The position numbers and the translations under genes are program-made. DNA of 64,000 bases from Camelus ferus. Lineage: Eukaryota. Location: contig NC_045697.1 in NCBI RefSeq assembly GCF_009834535.1, positions 11,782,001-11,846,000 of the forward strand. The letters run 5' to 3'. Positions 49,436-63,221 of the stretch are shown piece after piece. Numbering within the stretch: position 1 is the stretch's first letter; each line of letters begins with the position of its first letter. The notes below the pieces were generated by a model. The model was not told where the DNA came from. It did not search any database and worked only from the letters and a program-made list of their open reading frames with translations.

Positions 49436-51357
49436 CTGGGTACACAACTCATTATTAATTCATTTTCCCACGATGCCAGCTGGGGCGAATCCTTCCCCAG
49501 CTCTCCCATCCTCATGCCAAGTAAAAGTTATCTAATCCCCCCAAATTAGCTTCATCTGAAATGATACCTGATTTGGACTCACTCTCTCTTTCCTTAACAC
49601 TGAGCTTCAGAAAGTTTCCATGGCATCGCTTCCGTTCTGTTCTAACCCCGAGTGCTTCCCTGCTGTGCTCCTCTGTGCCTTCCAGGGCTCCCCCTCCCCG
49701 CGCCACCCAGACACAGCTGCAGTCCTATTTCGCAGACTGACATCACTCATCAAATATGCAGGTGGCACATGGCTGGAAGGGATCGTTGACGTGGTAAGAG
49801 ATAGATCCCAAAGATAGGGACAGACTGCAATGCTGCCTTGAAAACAAGTGGAAATGTCAGTGTTCCATCAAGTTGAACATAAAGCCCTGCTGATGGGGAT
49901 TTTTTAAAATCAATAACATAAACAGAAGACTCTGGCAACAGTTTATATGACAAACATCTGAGGGTCTTGGAACATTAATTCATTCATTCTACAAGTATTG
50001 AAACTTCTGGTAGTAGAGCAGTGAACAGACAAAAATTCCTGCCCTCCAGAGATTTCATTCTCCAAGCAGCTGGGTGCTGGAGACAGTCAGGTTCAGTCTG
50101 GAAGACATCTCTCAGGGCTACTACAGAAGAGATTCCTACGTGAAATTTTGTGAGTTTGTTACAGGTGAGGGGAGGAGTGGGAAGGGGGGAGAATAAATAT
50201 CTGGGTCACGATACACTCAAAGGTAGAGAATACATTTTATGGGTGTATTTTGGTTATAGTTAATCTGGTCATTTTATGAGTAAGGAAAAAAATAATAATA
50301 AATGCCCAATCCAGTTTGAATTTAACCCAGTCTGACTGTTTATACTTGGATAAAGTGCCCAGACTCTCTGGGATAAAACGGCTGGCTCCTCAGATAACCC
50401 TTCTGTCCCAAAGGTTCTGGGGTTAAGGGAGAAGGAGGCACGTGCACACATACTCCTGATCTCTGGGGAGCATCCCCTTGTCTCCTGATGGTTCTGGGGG
50501 TACACTGGCAGGGCTCACTGGGCTCCTGCCCCCTGGCTGAGGCTTGCCCTGCCAGCCTTCCCAGGGCAGCCTGAGGGTGCAATAATTTATGAAATGTTTT
50601 TTCAACTGGTCAGAGCCCATTCGCTGCCTAGAAGACTTGTCCTCGTCTTGGATCCTACCGGCTGCAGACGCCTGAGTGACCACCAAGTCCTCCCTCCGGG
50701 TCTCCTGTCTGGTCCACATCCAGGCTCTGCTGCGAAGCCTCCCACCTGCTTTGGCAGCCTGGGAGCCCCACGTGGTGTCAACACTGCATCCTGCCCCAGA
50801 GGTCCTGGGGATGCCTCCCCATTCACACACATGAAGTAACTAAGGTGATTCCTAGGTCCTTATTCCCCGCTCCAAATCGCCGACTTAAGAGATTCCCTAC
50901 TGCTAATATGACCAAGTCTAAACATGAAATTAATTTGATTTAAAAAATCAAGTCTCTGCAAAATATTAACAACTGTTAAATTTAGATAATGGGTATTCAT
51001 TACACTACTCTATTTTTCCTCATGTTTGAAAATTTTAATAAATAAGAGGTAAAATAAAGAAGCAGAAAGAGTAAACATAGACACACACTAATTAAGTCTC
51101 TGTTTCTCAAAATCACCAGAATGAGCTGTGAGTGTCTAATTGGTACCACAATTTAGAAAATTTTTGCTTGGAGTGGAGTGCTCACTTATATCACCTACGT
51201 GAAGTTCAAATACTTACATATTATGCCGAGTATATCTTTGGAAATCTTAGATTGGTAGAAGGAGACTAGGCAAGACACAGGGAATCACAAAAGTGAACAG
51301 CAGCTTCAGGGCTGGAGAGGGACATAGCCACTCAGAGAGGTCCCTGTGCCCATTTTA

Positions 51358-51508
51358 TTTATTATTTTTCTTTTGTCAGGGGAGGTCACTAGGTCTATGT
51401 ATTTATTATTAGTTTTGAGTTTTTTTTAATGGACGGACTGGGGATTGAACCCAAGACCTAGTGCATGCTAAGTGTATGCTCTACCATTTGAAATATACCC
51501 TCCCTACT
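51358..51508 (-). mobile_element. Camelid-type tRNA-derived SINE
   Basis: Reverse A and B boxes; perfect 15-bp TSD cctgtgcccatttta at 51343-51357 and 51509-51523. Confidence 0.9.
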
Positions 51509-51956
51509 CCTGTGCCCATTTTAGATTAATTTTTATGCATGAAAGATCTCTCATCTTCTTCCTCTATCTCCCTCTTCTCCTCCTTCCTCCTCATCATTCT
51601 CATCTTCCGCCTCATCCTTCTCCTTTTAGTTGTGGTTGTTAAACTAAGAGTACAGCTTTATAAGACACCCATGTAACTATGACACACATGCAACTCTTAC
51701 CAATTAAATTAGGCCTTGTGCTCTCCCTTGCTCAAATGATCTCACTTTCTGTTCTACTGCAAGGTCAACAACTAGTGAACAAACAGAGTCACAATTTGAC
51801 ATGAATAAGCTCCAGTCCTTACTGAGCATTGCCTCATGCCAGGCTTTGTGCTAAGTACTCCACACACATTATCTTCTTCAACCTCAAAACAAACAAACAA
51901 ACCCTGAGAATGATTACTCTTATTACCAGTTTTTGAGGTAAAGAACTAGAAACCTA

Positions 51957-52254
51957 GGCCACATATGACAAAGCCAACATCATACTACAACCAACATCAT
52001 ACTCAGCAGTGAAATGCTGACAGCATTTCCTATAAGTTAGGAACAAGATGAATACCCACTCTCACCCTTTTATTCAACATAGTATTGGAAGCCCTAGCCA
52101 CAGCAATCAGACAAGAAAAAGAAATAAGTCATCCAAATTGGAAGGAAGAAGTTAAACTGTAGCTGTTTGCAGATGACATGATATTATATATATAGAAAGT
52201 TCTAAAGATGTCACCAAAAAACTATTAGAGCTGATAAATGAATTCAGTAAAGTT
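51957..52254 (+). mobile_element. Isolated, degenerate L1 ORF2 reverse-transcriptase fragment
   Basis: Remnants such as LFNIVLEALATAIRQEKEI, LFADDM (FADDM at 52166-52180) and KKLLELINEFSKV, with frameshifts. Confidence 0.9.
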
Positions 52255-52895
52255 AGAATACTGTGAACCTAAAGTTCTTGTAACTGTTCCTACACTGTAT
52301 ATAAACAGAGTATGGCTCCAAATCAATTGGAGAAAACTTCAAGGAAACAGCTATGAAAACAACAACTGGGCTGTCACAGTGATTTGGGGAGAACAACTGA
52401 ACTCCCACTGGGATGAGGACACTGATCACCCACCTGGAGGACTGACCAGCACCAGAACTCCACTTGCCAACCTCTTCCTCAACAAAGCAACAGAGGGAAG
52501 TGAGAAGAGGGCATTGGCAGACTGCAGCAACTGCTAGAAAAATCAAACACACTCCACGTCATCAGGTGCTTGGTTGCCAAGCACTTGGTCAAAAGCTAAC
52601 TGAACTTAAATTTTGAGAGTCTTCAATTTTGGGATTTATCAGAAACATATTCTCTGGGATTTTCTTTCAGGAAAAATGTATTATCATTGGTGGATGTGAT
52701 ATATCCTTGCTGATTTTAACTTTGAGTGACAATCAATGGTGTGTTGTTTATAGAAAAGACAATGCAATGAGTTACATCATGAAGTGATGAGCAATTTTTT
52801 TTAAATCCTCTTATCTTCACCCAACACTTTATAGCAGCTTGATTGAGAATTAGTTTATACACCATAAATTTCAGTCATTTAAAGTGTTTGACCCA

Positions 52896-53020
52896 GAGGG
52901 AAGGTATAGCTCGGTGGTAGAATTTGTGGTTAGCATGCATGAGGTCCTGGGTTCAATTTCCAGTACCTGCATTGAAAAACAATAATAACTATACAAATAA
53001 AGAAATCTAATTACCCCTAA
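52896..53020 (+). mobile_element. Camelid-type tRNA-derived SINE inside an antisense L1M fragment
   Basis: ggtatagctcggtggtaga...gaggtcctgggttcaatttccagtacct...ctaattacccc. Confidence 0.85.
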
Positions 53021-54984
53021 AGTAAACCTCTGGCCCATTAGCAGCCATTCTCCATTACCTTCCCAGCTCAGTCCTAGACAACCACTAATCCACTTTCCGT
53101 CATATGGACTGGCCCACTCTGGACATGTTATATAACTGGACCTATACAATATGTGGGTTTGGGGACCATTTTCTTTCACTTTGCCTAACGTTGTCAAGGT
53201 TCATCCATGTTGTAGCACAATGTCCCAACACTGTAACTTTTGTATGCCTTCATTGCGCCCCCAATTGTACACTGTGTACTTATTTTCATTCCCCATTCTT
53301 CACATAAAAATATCAAAGCTGTTTTTTTTAATTTCTACATTGTCTTCTTTGTAACTTCTGGTGAATATATCAGTATCGAAACTCACAGGCATCCCCCCTG
53401 CGGCGGAAAATTCCAGACAAGCCCACCAGTCCCTGTAACCTTCCCCTCGTGCCATTGTCACAGACAGATCTGCTCACAGAATCTGAGCCCCCGACAACCA
53501 CCACTTTATTGCCCAGCTCTTCCCTCTGACAGATAAATGAGGGTTTTATTCTCGGGAAACGGTGACACCACCTCAAGGGCTGACCAGCCACACCAGTGGC
53601 ACCCTTGTCTGGGCTTCTCCCCAGAAGAGATGGAAGTCACTGCCTTTGTTCCTCAACTAAGGGCCATTGTGACAAACACCCCCCCCAAAAAAAGCTTTCT
53701 TTCTCATGCCCATTTATAAACAAATGCAACTTTTTTTGGTGGGTTTTGTGGGGTTTTTTTTTTTGTTTTTTTTTTTAGGACAAATTTCAGGAACATTTAA
53801 AAGCAGAGAGACCACTACGATGCAGCCCCGTCACCCAGCTTCAGCGATGCTCGACTCACAGCTGGTCTAGTTCCACATTCACCTCCCCTCCCCCACCCCC
53901 ATTACCGAACGCTTCTCACTAAAACTGTTTCCAAACATGTATTTGGACACTCCCACCCCGCCCTCCTATCGACCTGCTTATTTTAACTTTATTTGCAGTA
54001 GATATTTGGGGAGAATTACTGTGTGTCCAGCGCTGGGTCCTGAGGATACAAAGATGAATAGGACATTGTCTGGGCAGTTTACACACCAGGAACACGAGAC
54101 ACAAATATTTCATTTGATGATAGCACCAGGCTGGGGGATGTACAATGTTGGCTCCTGACACAGCCTCATGCGGGTGCTGGTGGGGTTTGTAAATAGTCGT
54201 TAATAGTAGTCACATGCTGGAGAGGGGGTCACGTTTCCGATAAAGTTCCTGGTGTGACGTGCTTACACGATATTATTTTAAAGGCTAGAAGGGGTTAAAG
54301 GAGCTACTACAATGAGGTGGGAGTTGGTTAAAATGTGAAGCCGCTTATTTGATTGAACCCTTGATCAAGTGAGTTGGGCGTGATTCACAACCTGGAAAAC
54401 CCACGTACAGCAAAGCCACCATGATTGCCCTCCGGTTTTCCACACTGGCACAATCCTCCCCTGCGATCAGCTGGAACGGGCAAAGAGAAAGGGTTGGAGA
54501 AAAGGAAATATAAATGAATGTCTCCGCAGATGAGTACCAACCTCACAGGTGTGCGTCTAAGTTAAAATGTATACAAAATAGAAATACATATGTAGCCAGC
54601 CATAAATGGGAAGATTGCGGTGTGTATGTGAAGCCATCAGGAAGCTTCACCTGCCCAGGGGCTCACCCAGGCCACCTGGTCCAGGGCAGCTGTCGCCAGG
54701 AAGGGCAGGGCACAGCTGGCTGGGGCAGCAAGTTTCCAACGTCAGACCGAGTCGTCCCTTCCTTCCCAGACTGTTCCTACAGTGAGTGACACTGCTCTTC
54801 CCCTGCCCAGTCACTCAGGATGCACTCATGTCCGGGGTGGCTCTGTGGGCCAGAGCTTTGATCCACCTGAGGGAACCCGGAGAGGCCCCCATTTGCTCCC
54901 CGTTTTGAAGAATGACAAGAGGCAGGCAGGTGAGGAAACAGGTCTTGGGATAAGGGCATACATTTAAGCAAAGGTGCAGAATCA

Positions 54985-55303
54985 TGAATGTGACCGTACG
55001 TGGAGATGGGTTTTAAGGAGGTAATTAAGTTAAATGAGGTCATTAGAGTGGCTCCTAATTCAACATGTCTGATGGCCTTATAAGAAAGGAGATTAGGACA
55101 CAGACAGGCACAGAGGAAAGACCATGCAGAGAAACAGGGAGAAGACAGCCATCTATAAGCCAGAGAGGCCCTGGATGAAACCAACTCTGCTGACACCTGG
55201 ATCTCAGACCTCCAGCCTCTTGATGTGTGAGAAATAGGTTTCTGATGTCTAAGCCACGCAGTCCGTGGAACTCTGCTGTGGCAGCTCTGGGGAAGCAACA
55301 CAC
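54985..55303 (+). mobile_element. MLT1B-like LTR, partial
   Basis: gaatgtgacc...aggaggtaattaagttaaatgaggtcattagagtgg...gtggcagctctgggg. Confidence 0.75.
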
Positions 55304-55941
55304 AGGTGTAGCAGGATGTGGCGGAGGGTCAGGGGAATCAGCAAGCCTTGTGGACCACGAGGACGGAGAAAGAGGGAAGGATCCCGGAGGCCGGCCGAGT
55401 CTCTCATTTGGTGAGATTAGTGAGGGCAAGGCCACTCGCTGTGACAGAGATCCCGGAGAAGGAGCAGTTTGGGCTGAGTTGCATCTGAGAGCCTACCAGT
55501 GGGACATCCAAATAAAATGCACAGCTGAAAACTGAATATTGACTCTGAAGCATTTCACCAAGAGTGGGACCACCAGGACTCTCGTCCCACTTTTGGGACT
55601 GTGTTGTGGTGGGCTCTCTGAGCCTCAGTTTCCTCATCCGCTTGAAAAAAAAAAAAAAGGTAGGATAATGATACCTTCCCTTCTACCTCAGAGAGTCATT
55701 GAGAGTTCAAATGAAGGGGACGTCAAAGGATGATTTGGAAACTTTACTGAGCTCACTGAGTGTCTTGAGAGCAATTTGCCCCAAATGAAAAAGTGCTTTC
55801 TAGGCATGAATTGTTATCAAATCCTAGATCTGGCAGTGAACTGTCCAAATCCTCCCTTCTTGTTTTGTTCTGTTCGTCACCAAAGGCTATGACCACAGGA
55901 TGGCAATTTGTGTTTCTGGAAACTTAATCATACTGGCTAAT

Positions 55942-57327
55942 AATGCTGTCTAGTGGTAAGGGCTGACTTATAACTGTAACTATCCTGTGCGTTTCTGCAA
56001 GATTTCTTAAAAGTGGGAGTATTATAAGTCAGAGATAAATTGTTTCATTTGAAACAATTAGTGAGTCAGAAAGAAATTAGAGAAGCAATGAGCTTCAGCT
56101 TCTTAGATATTGTTGCTTTTATTGTTAAAGTCATGAGATAATGGTTTTAGCATTGATATTATTTGATGTTATCACAAAAGCAAAGATTGTAATCATCGTA
56201 ATTAAAGCAATGCATGGTGTAAAATAATTTATAAATTACATGCAACTAAAAACCTGAACACCAAAACTGAAGGGATATGACCACCTTTCACCACTAGAGG
56301 GAAGCAATCCACTGCAATAAATGAATTGTGCCGTAGGGTGTGACTGCTGTTGGACTGGGGACCTTAAATGATTCTTCCAACACAGATTCATTTTATGATT
56401 CTAATGTGCTAGATTACAATTTCACATTCCAATCAAAGAAAGAAGGCCCTTTTATGTTTTATATAACATTGCTGGATAAGGGTCATATGCATCATTTTCC
56501 AGGAGGTGTTGCAAAACCCCAAAGAACAGGACGATTAGAACTTAGGTCTCGGTCTTACCAGGAATCTGTAGTTACATGTGTGAACCTTTTCCTTTTTGAT
56601 CTTCTGGGGGAAAAGACATTCCTAAAAATAAAAATACTTGGTTAACTGATAACTCACCAAGTATCAAGTAGAACTTAAGCAGGGCAACTCTGATAAATCA
56701 CTAGATCAATTGTTTACTCCATAAAAAATTCAATCTTTTAAAAAGTTGTCATCATTATGATAATACATACCAAGAAAATTTTTTAAAGGTAAAATTATGA
56801 GAAAGAAGATAAAGATTAAACCATTATTAATCTTTTTCTCTATTTTCTTAAATGGTTACTTTCCTAAGATACTATATTTAATTAAGACAGTACCAAAATT
56901 ACCCTAATGAGATTTTAAAAACTAAATCAGGATTTACTGAAGGGGAGGAAGAAGAAGAGGAAAGTGTACTCCTGAGTGTGTGTGTGTCTCTGTGTGTGTG
57001 TGTGTGTGTGTTCATGTTTGTTCTGAGTCTCCCAGTTGATAGAATTGACGTGTGGGTGGTGCCAAAGAAAATATAGAACATCTGAATGGTTAAGAACTTA
57101 AATTTAATTACCCCAAATTGTGGAAATCAAATTGGCTTTAAACTACTTTTCCAAAAAATCATTTTGCAATAGGAAAAATTGTGGAAGGCATACAATTGAC
57201 ATCCTGACAACTCTAATAATGCATTTAAGTTTGCGATATTTTATTAGAGAAAAACGTTTATTTGATACCTCAACTACTGAGAACAATGCTGTCTAGTGAT
57301 AAGGGCTGACTTATAACTGTAACCATC
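55942..57327 (+). repeat. Dispersed 43-bp direct repeat (55942-55984 and 57285-57327; 41/43 identical)
   Basis: aatgctgtctagtg(g/a)taagggctgacttataactgtaac(t/c)atc. Confidence 0.9.
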
Positions 57328-57878
57328 GGAAGTAAATAAACTGTAAACCAGCTGGAAATAAATAAAGATGAATAAACTCCCAAAAGTTCACATTCACTTT
57401 AGACCTATCCAGTAAACACAAACCAAAAAAAAAAAAAAAAAAATGCACCTTGCAGCATTTTCAGACTAACATTACAAAGGAAGATTATTCTCCAAGAAGA
57501 TAAAGTTCTGGGGATTATGGAATGAAGATCTCAGCCTTGATAGAGAATAAGAGAAAAGGATTGATCTTTACTCTTACTTAGTTCATTGAAGCAGATGAAT
57601 GAAAGGAAGTTCTTTAAAAGGCATGTGGACACATGTTCAAGTGTAGAGACCTTGGTTCTTATAAACAAACCACAGGACTGGATTCCCTGCTGAGATTGAA
57701 TGACAGGACAGGTGGGAGGGAGGCCAGTTGCCCAGGTGAGACTCCTGCCAAAGTGGGTAATTAAAACAGGTGTCTGAAGCACAGAAACTCAATGGGACTG
57801 AAAGCTGAGGCAAGAATTGGAAAATAAACAACCAGAAGACAATTAACAAAATGGCAGTAAATACATACCTACTTGAGC

Positions 57879-58882
57879 AATGAGGGTTTAATACCTAAAC
57901 TATACAAAGAACTCATGTAACATAACAATAAAAAGAAAAACAACCCAATTAAAAAATTGACAGACAACCTGAATAGATATTTTCCAAAGAAGACACAGGT
58001 AGCCAACAGACTCATGAAAAGATGCTCAACATCACTAATCATCAGGGAAACACAAAACAAATAAGCAATGGACTCCCACCTCACACCTGTCAGAATGGCT
58101 ATTATCAAAAAGAAAACAAATAACAAGTGTTGGTGGAGAAAAGGGAACCCTCAAGCAGTGTTGGTGGGATTGTAAATTGGTACAGCCAGTATGACAAACA
58201 ATATGGAGGTTCCTTAAACAATTAAAAATAAAATTACCAGCTGACTCAGAAATTCCACTTCAGGGTAGTTTTCTGAAAAAACAAAAACACCAATTCCAAA
58301 ATATATATGCACTGCTATGTTCATTGCATCAATATTCACAATTAGTCAAGATATTGAAGCAACCTATATCTTGCCCATGGATAGATGAATGGATAAAGAA
58401 GATGCATATAAAAGACTGAAATATTACTCAGTCATAGCAAAGAGTGAAATCTTGCCATTTGAGACACCATGGATGAAGATAGAAGGTCTTACGCTAAGTG
58501 AAATAAGTCAGAAAGACAAATATTGTATGATTTCACTTATGTGTAGAATCTAACAAACAAAAGACATGAATAAACATAAAATAGAAACAGACTCATAGAT
58601 ACAGAGAAGAAACTAGTGGTTGCCAGAGGCAAGGGGTAGGAGGATGAGAGAAATACATGACAGAGATTAAGACATACAAACTTCCAGTTATAAAATGTCA
58701 TGGGGATGTAATACACAGCATGGGGGATATAGTCAATAGTCAGGTAATATCTGTTTGGTGACAGATGGTCACTAGACTTATCATGATGATCATTTTGTAA
58801 TGACTAAAGACATCAAATCACTATGGTATATATTGAAACTAATATAATATTGTAATCCAATTATACTTCAACTTAAAAAAAA
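57879..58882 (+). mobile_element. L1MA-like 3' end (about 1 kb, degenerate)
   Basis: ORF2 3' end and 3' UTR motifs (aaagatgctcaacatcactaatcatcagggaaa, gaatggataaagaagatg) ending in an A-tail. Confidence 0.9.
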
Positions 58883-59235
58883 GAATTGGATAATAAAGAG
58901 AAACAATCATAATGCGATTCAGACACCACTGAGCCATTGAAGGCTTAAGATGTTTAAGGGCAGCGGTGGTCATTATCAGTAGTCCAGGAGATGTGTGGAT
59001 TAAAGATTCATAGTTGAGACCTGAATCAGGTACGAAAGGGAGAGGATCTTTATGATTCATCAGCAGCCAACCCAGCGTTCACGTCAGAGGTGCTGAGAGC
59101 CAAGTGCTGTCGTGCATTGCCCGTGTGGAATCTCCGCCTGCCTCCACCAGCAGCCCAGCTCAGAGATAGCCGCGGACCAGAGGGTCTCGGAAAAGTCTCT
59201 CTGGAGGCCAGAAATAAGACAGTCCTTCTTTAACA

Positions 59236-59410
59236 AGCAAGGCTGCTATCAGTGTGGTCCCTGGACCAGCGCCATCAGCATCACCTAAGGATGTGTTAGA
59301 AATGCAGAATCTCAGGTCTCACCCAAGACCCACTGAGTCTGGTACTGCATTTTACAGGACACCCCCCACCCCCAAGGCAGCTCTATACACCGGAGGTTAG
59401 GTCTTCTAGA
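59236..59410. mobile_element. MER5A-like hAT MITE
   Basis: gtgtggtccctggaccagc...catcacc...tgttagaaatgcagaatctcagg...actgagtct...ctgcattttac. Confidence 0.7.
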
Positions 59411-62294
59411 CCATCTAATGGGTAGTGGTGAGACTGGCAACAAGAATGACTGAGACAGACTTGTTAGTTCATAAGCTGAGAAGGTCCTTCAGCCTGAGGG
59501 TTCAGATGTAAGCGCAGAATTACCTGAATCTAGAGATTGATCAGTACACCTCCAAGATACAAGAGCATCCAGATCTCAAACAGAGTGCTTGAGATACAGA
59601 AACAGTTTTATGTTTATTCATTGTTAGAAATGATAAAGATAAAATAAATCTGTTTTTAAGTAATTCACTTCACAAAGGCAAAGTAAAATACTCCCTCAGC
59701 TCTAAGCAAATCACTGTAACACGTGCAGTGCTCACTGTGGTCCACACACTCCTTCACCCACTTCACATGTCCCTTCTTCCTCGAATTTAATCCTTATGTA
59801 GATTCAACCAGCCACCATTTCCACAACCTGTATTTTGCTGTATCATACTTGAATTGTTGCGCATTAATTGTGTAACTCTGGAATCAGATTCTGTGGGGCT
59901 CATGCATTTGGATAGTTCTCAAATTTTAGACTCACCTCGAAAACTTTTTTTAATGAAAACTTTCAACTGCCATTCCCAGAGGCTCTGGTTCCAAGGGTCT
60001 GGGATGAGACCTGGAAATCTACTTTTTTTTTTTAAGCAAGTATCCCAGGTGAATCTTATGATCTTAGACCACACTTTGAGAATCGTGGGTCTGGTTGTTA
60101 ATGATCACTTCATACTCATACCCAGATCACCTCCCAAGGAGTGATGAGTTAGTTAATTAGAACAGCTCCATAGATGAACTGGCTTTACAAGCAAGCGCTT
60201 CCGATGCCAATGAAATCCAGCTGAGCTAGTGCCCAACTTAGAGAAAATTGCCTAGTGAACCAAAGCCAAGGAAGATGCTTCCCTGGCAGCAAATGCCTTG
60301 AGCTTGAGTCTCTGCCACCTGGAAAGGAGCATGGTGACTCACAGGACCACCCACTTGGCAATGATGAAGTTGAGGAAAGCATTTTCTTTAAGACAGAGAA
60401 ACATCTGTACAAAGACAAACTCAACAAGGTAAGGTTACGCTTAAAATAAGAGATTTTATATTCTCTAGTAATTCTGTATATATCTGTAAGAAAACTGTCC
60501 AAACATAATACTGGTAGAAGCAGTGAGTTGCACAATTACACAGTTGATGCTATGATTTTATTTAAGGGTATTATAAAGGTGTCAAATTATTGGGTGAAAC
60601 AGCATACAGCCAAGCTCACTGCAGGCACTTGGTGGTTAAGCCAGAATGCTGCTCAGTTACTATGGAAGGGATGGGTCATATTCAATGGCATTACAACTCA
60701 CTTGTGTGCACGCACACACACACATGGCTGCTGTGTGATGGAAAGCATGTCAGGTACATCAATGACACTCACTCTGGTAATGAAAGCACCCTGAACACTA
60801 AACCCTCTGCAACAAGCTTTCATCTTTCTTTGAAAACACAGAGGATGCATGATAATTACTAACTTCAGTTGGGTCCTTTTAATGTGCAAAACTCTACTCA
60901 AAGTGTTTTATCTGTATTGATCAATTTAATTCTCACAACAACTCTAGGAGATGGTACGCTATTATTCCCATTTATGATGAGGAAACAGAGGCAGAGAAGC
61001 ATCGAATGGTGTGTCCAAAGTCACGACGCAAGGTTGCTACAGACATTGTGGGTCTAGATCCATTTTCCCTTTGCACTGTCTGTAACAGATTTGCAGTATT
61101 TCTTTATTTGTTCTGGATACAAATCCTTTGCTGATTTCATGGATAACAAGTATCTTTTCCCATGCTATGGTTTGCCTTTTCACTTTCTTAAAGTCTTTTT
61201 GTTGAACAGTTCTTAATTTTAATGTAATTGAATTTATTGATCCTCCCCTTTATTGTTAATGCTCTTTGTATCCCTTTTAAGAAATCTTTGCCTACCCCAA
61301 ATTCATCAAAATGGTCTCCTATGGTATGTTCTACAAGTTTCGTGTTTTTATCTTTTACCTCTACTTGGAAATGATCTTTGTGTTTGGCATGAGGTAAGGG
61401 TCAAAACTCACTTTTACCCACAAGGATATGCAGCTCACCCAGCCTCATTCATTGAAGTCAAAGGATTTTGCTTATTAAAAAACTGTTCTTTCTCCAGTGC
61501 CCTGCAATTCCATTTTCATAATAAATCGAGTGTTCATCTAAGAATGTTAATTCATTTTAAATATCAGTTTGGCATAATTAGTGCATAAACTCAATTACAC
61601 TGGAATACTTTTTAAAGATTAGGAGGTTTTACTCAAAATCTGATCATGATATTCTATGTCTAGTGGAGAAGTTCAAATCCCATGCATGGCATGGAAGACA
61701 TGCAATGTTCCGCTGTAGCTTTATTCTATTCTAGAGCTTTCCAAATTGCTGTGAAGAGAAAATTGTTCCTTGAGGGTAGATGTGGCAAAAGTGAGAGGAG
61801 GGTTTAAACATGTGTGTGGAGAGAAAACAAAAAATTAACCCTTCACCACATAAATTCATTCGTTGAAGCCACAGAGTGTGACTAGTTTCTCTTCTATCTC
61901 AGGATTTTTCTGAACTTTTAATGTGCTCCAAGCCAGGGCACAACATTAAGAAGGAACATCTTCCAACCTTGTTTGACCACAGTGCTCTTTGATGTATGAG
62001 CACTCTGCTCTCAGCATGGCCTTCATTCACTGTTTAGTCGGGAGAAGGGAAGCCATTAAGTTCCTGCCAACAAATCTATAAAGCTACCTGCATCCACTCT
62101 CACTCCTTCCTCCCCAGATTACCTGTGTGCACCCTCCAGTTGAAGGAGCATCTCTGAACTTCACTCCATGTTCACCTGCTTCCTCCGGACTCGGGTCTCT
62201 CCTCTGCATCCTTCCCCCTGCTGGTGGCTGGCTCCTCCCCAGAACATCCAAACATGCTTTATACGGCCCCATCTTAAAAAAAAAAAAAAACCAT

Positions 62295-63060
62295 GAGGAA
62301 TGTAAATCAGTACAACTTCTCTGGAAAAGAATTTGACAGTTTCTTAAAAAACAAAATATACACCTATCATAAAACCCAGTGATCATACTCTTGGACATTT
62401 ATTCCAGAGAAATGAAACTTATGTTCACACAAAAACCTGTACACAAATGTTCATAGCAGCTTTATTTGGAACAGCCCCAAACTGGAAACAATGAAAGCAT
62501 CCTTCAGTGGGTGAGTGGCTACAAAAACAAACAAACAAACAAAAAAAGCAAAACCATGGTGTATCCATACCATGGAACACTACTGAGTAATAAAAAGGAA
62601 GGAACTCTTGGTACACACAACAGCTTGGATGGATTTTAAGAGCATAGTCTAAGTGAGAAAAAAATTTTTCAAAAAGTCACATACTATATGATTCAATTTA
62701 TATAATATTCTAGAGATGACAAAATTACACAGATGGAGAACAAACTCATGGTATCAAAAGTTAGGGATGGGGAGGGGGCGGCATGAGGATACTTTTGTGG
62801 GGCTGGAATAGTTATGTATTTTGATCGCAGTAGTGGTTACACAAATCTGCACACGTGATAAAGTAACATAGACTTAGATGCATGTGTTTTACCAATGTCA
62901 TCTCCCTGGTTTTGATATTGTTCCATAGTTACACAGATGTGGGAGTAACCATTGGGGAAACTGGGTGAAGAGTAAATAGAACTCTCTGTATCTTCCTTCC
63001 AACTTTTCATGAACTGATAACTTTTTCAAAATAAAAAATTAAGAAAAAAGAAAGAAAAAA
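62295..63060 (+). mobile_element. L1MC-like 3' end
   Basis: ccagagaaatgaaacttatgttcacacaaaaacctgtacac...aaaataaaaaattaagaaaaaag. Confidence 0.85.
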
Positions 63061-63221
63061 TATCAGTGTACACCAATCAAAAACATATCAGCATTCCTAG
63101 ACCCTGCATTTCCCTCCAAGTACAATATCTTTCTCCACTTCTTTGCAGCCAAACTTACTGAAAATATTTTCTTTAACTTATATCCTCCATATCTACCTTT
63201 TTCTGCACTATTGCTTGATTC

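Noticed and set aside
54415..54513. GCCACCATG Kozak-like start with a 30-aa ORF (MIALRFSTLAQSSPAISWNGQRERVGEKEI)
   Set aside because: A given 9-mer has a fair chance of occurring once in 64 kb on two strands; no promoter, splice or homology support.
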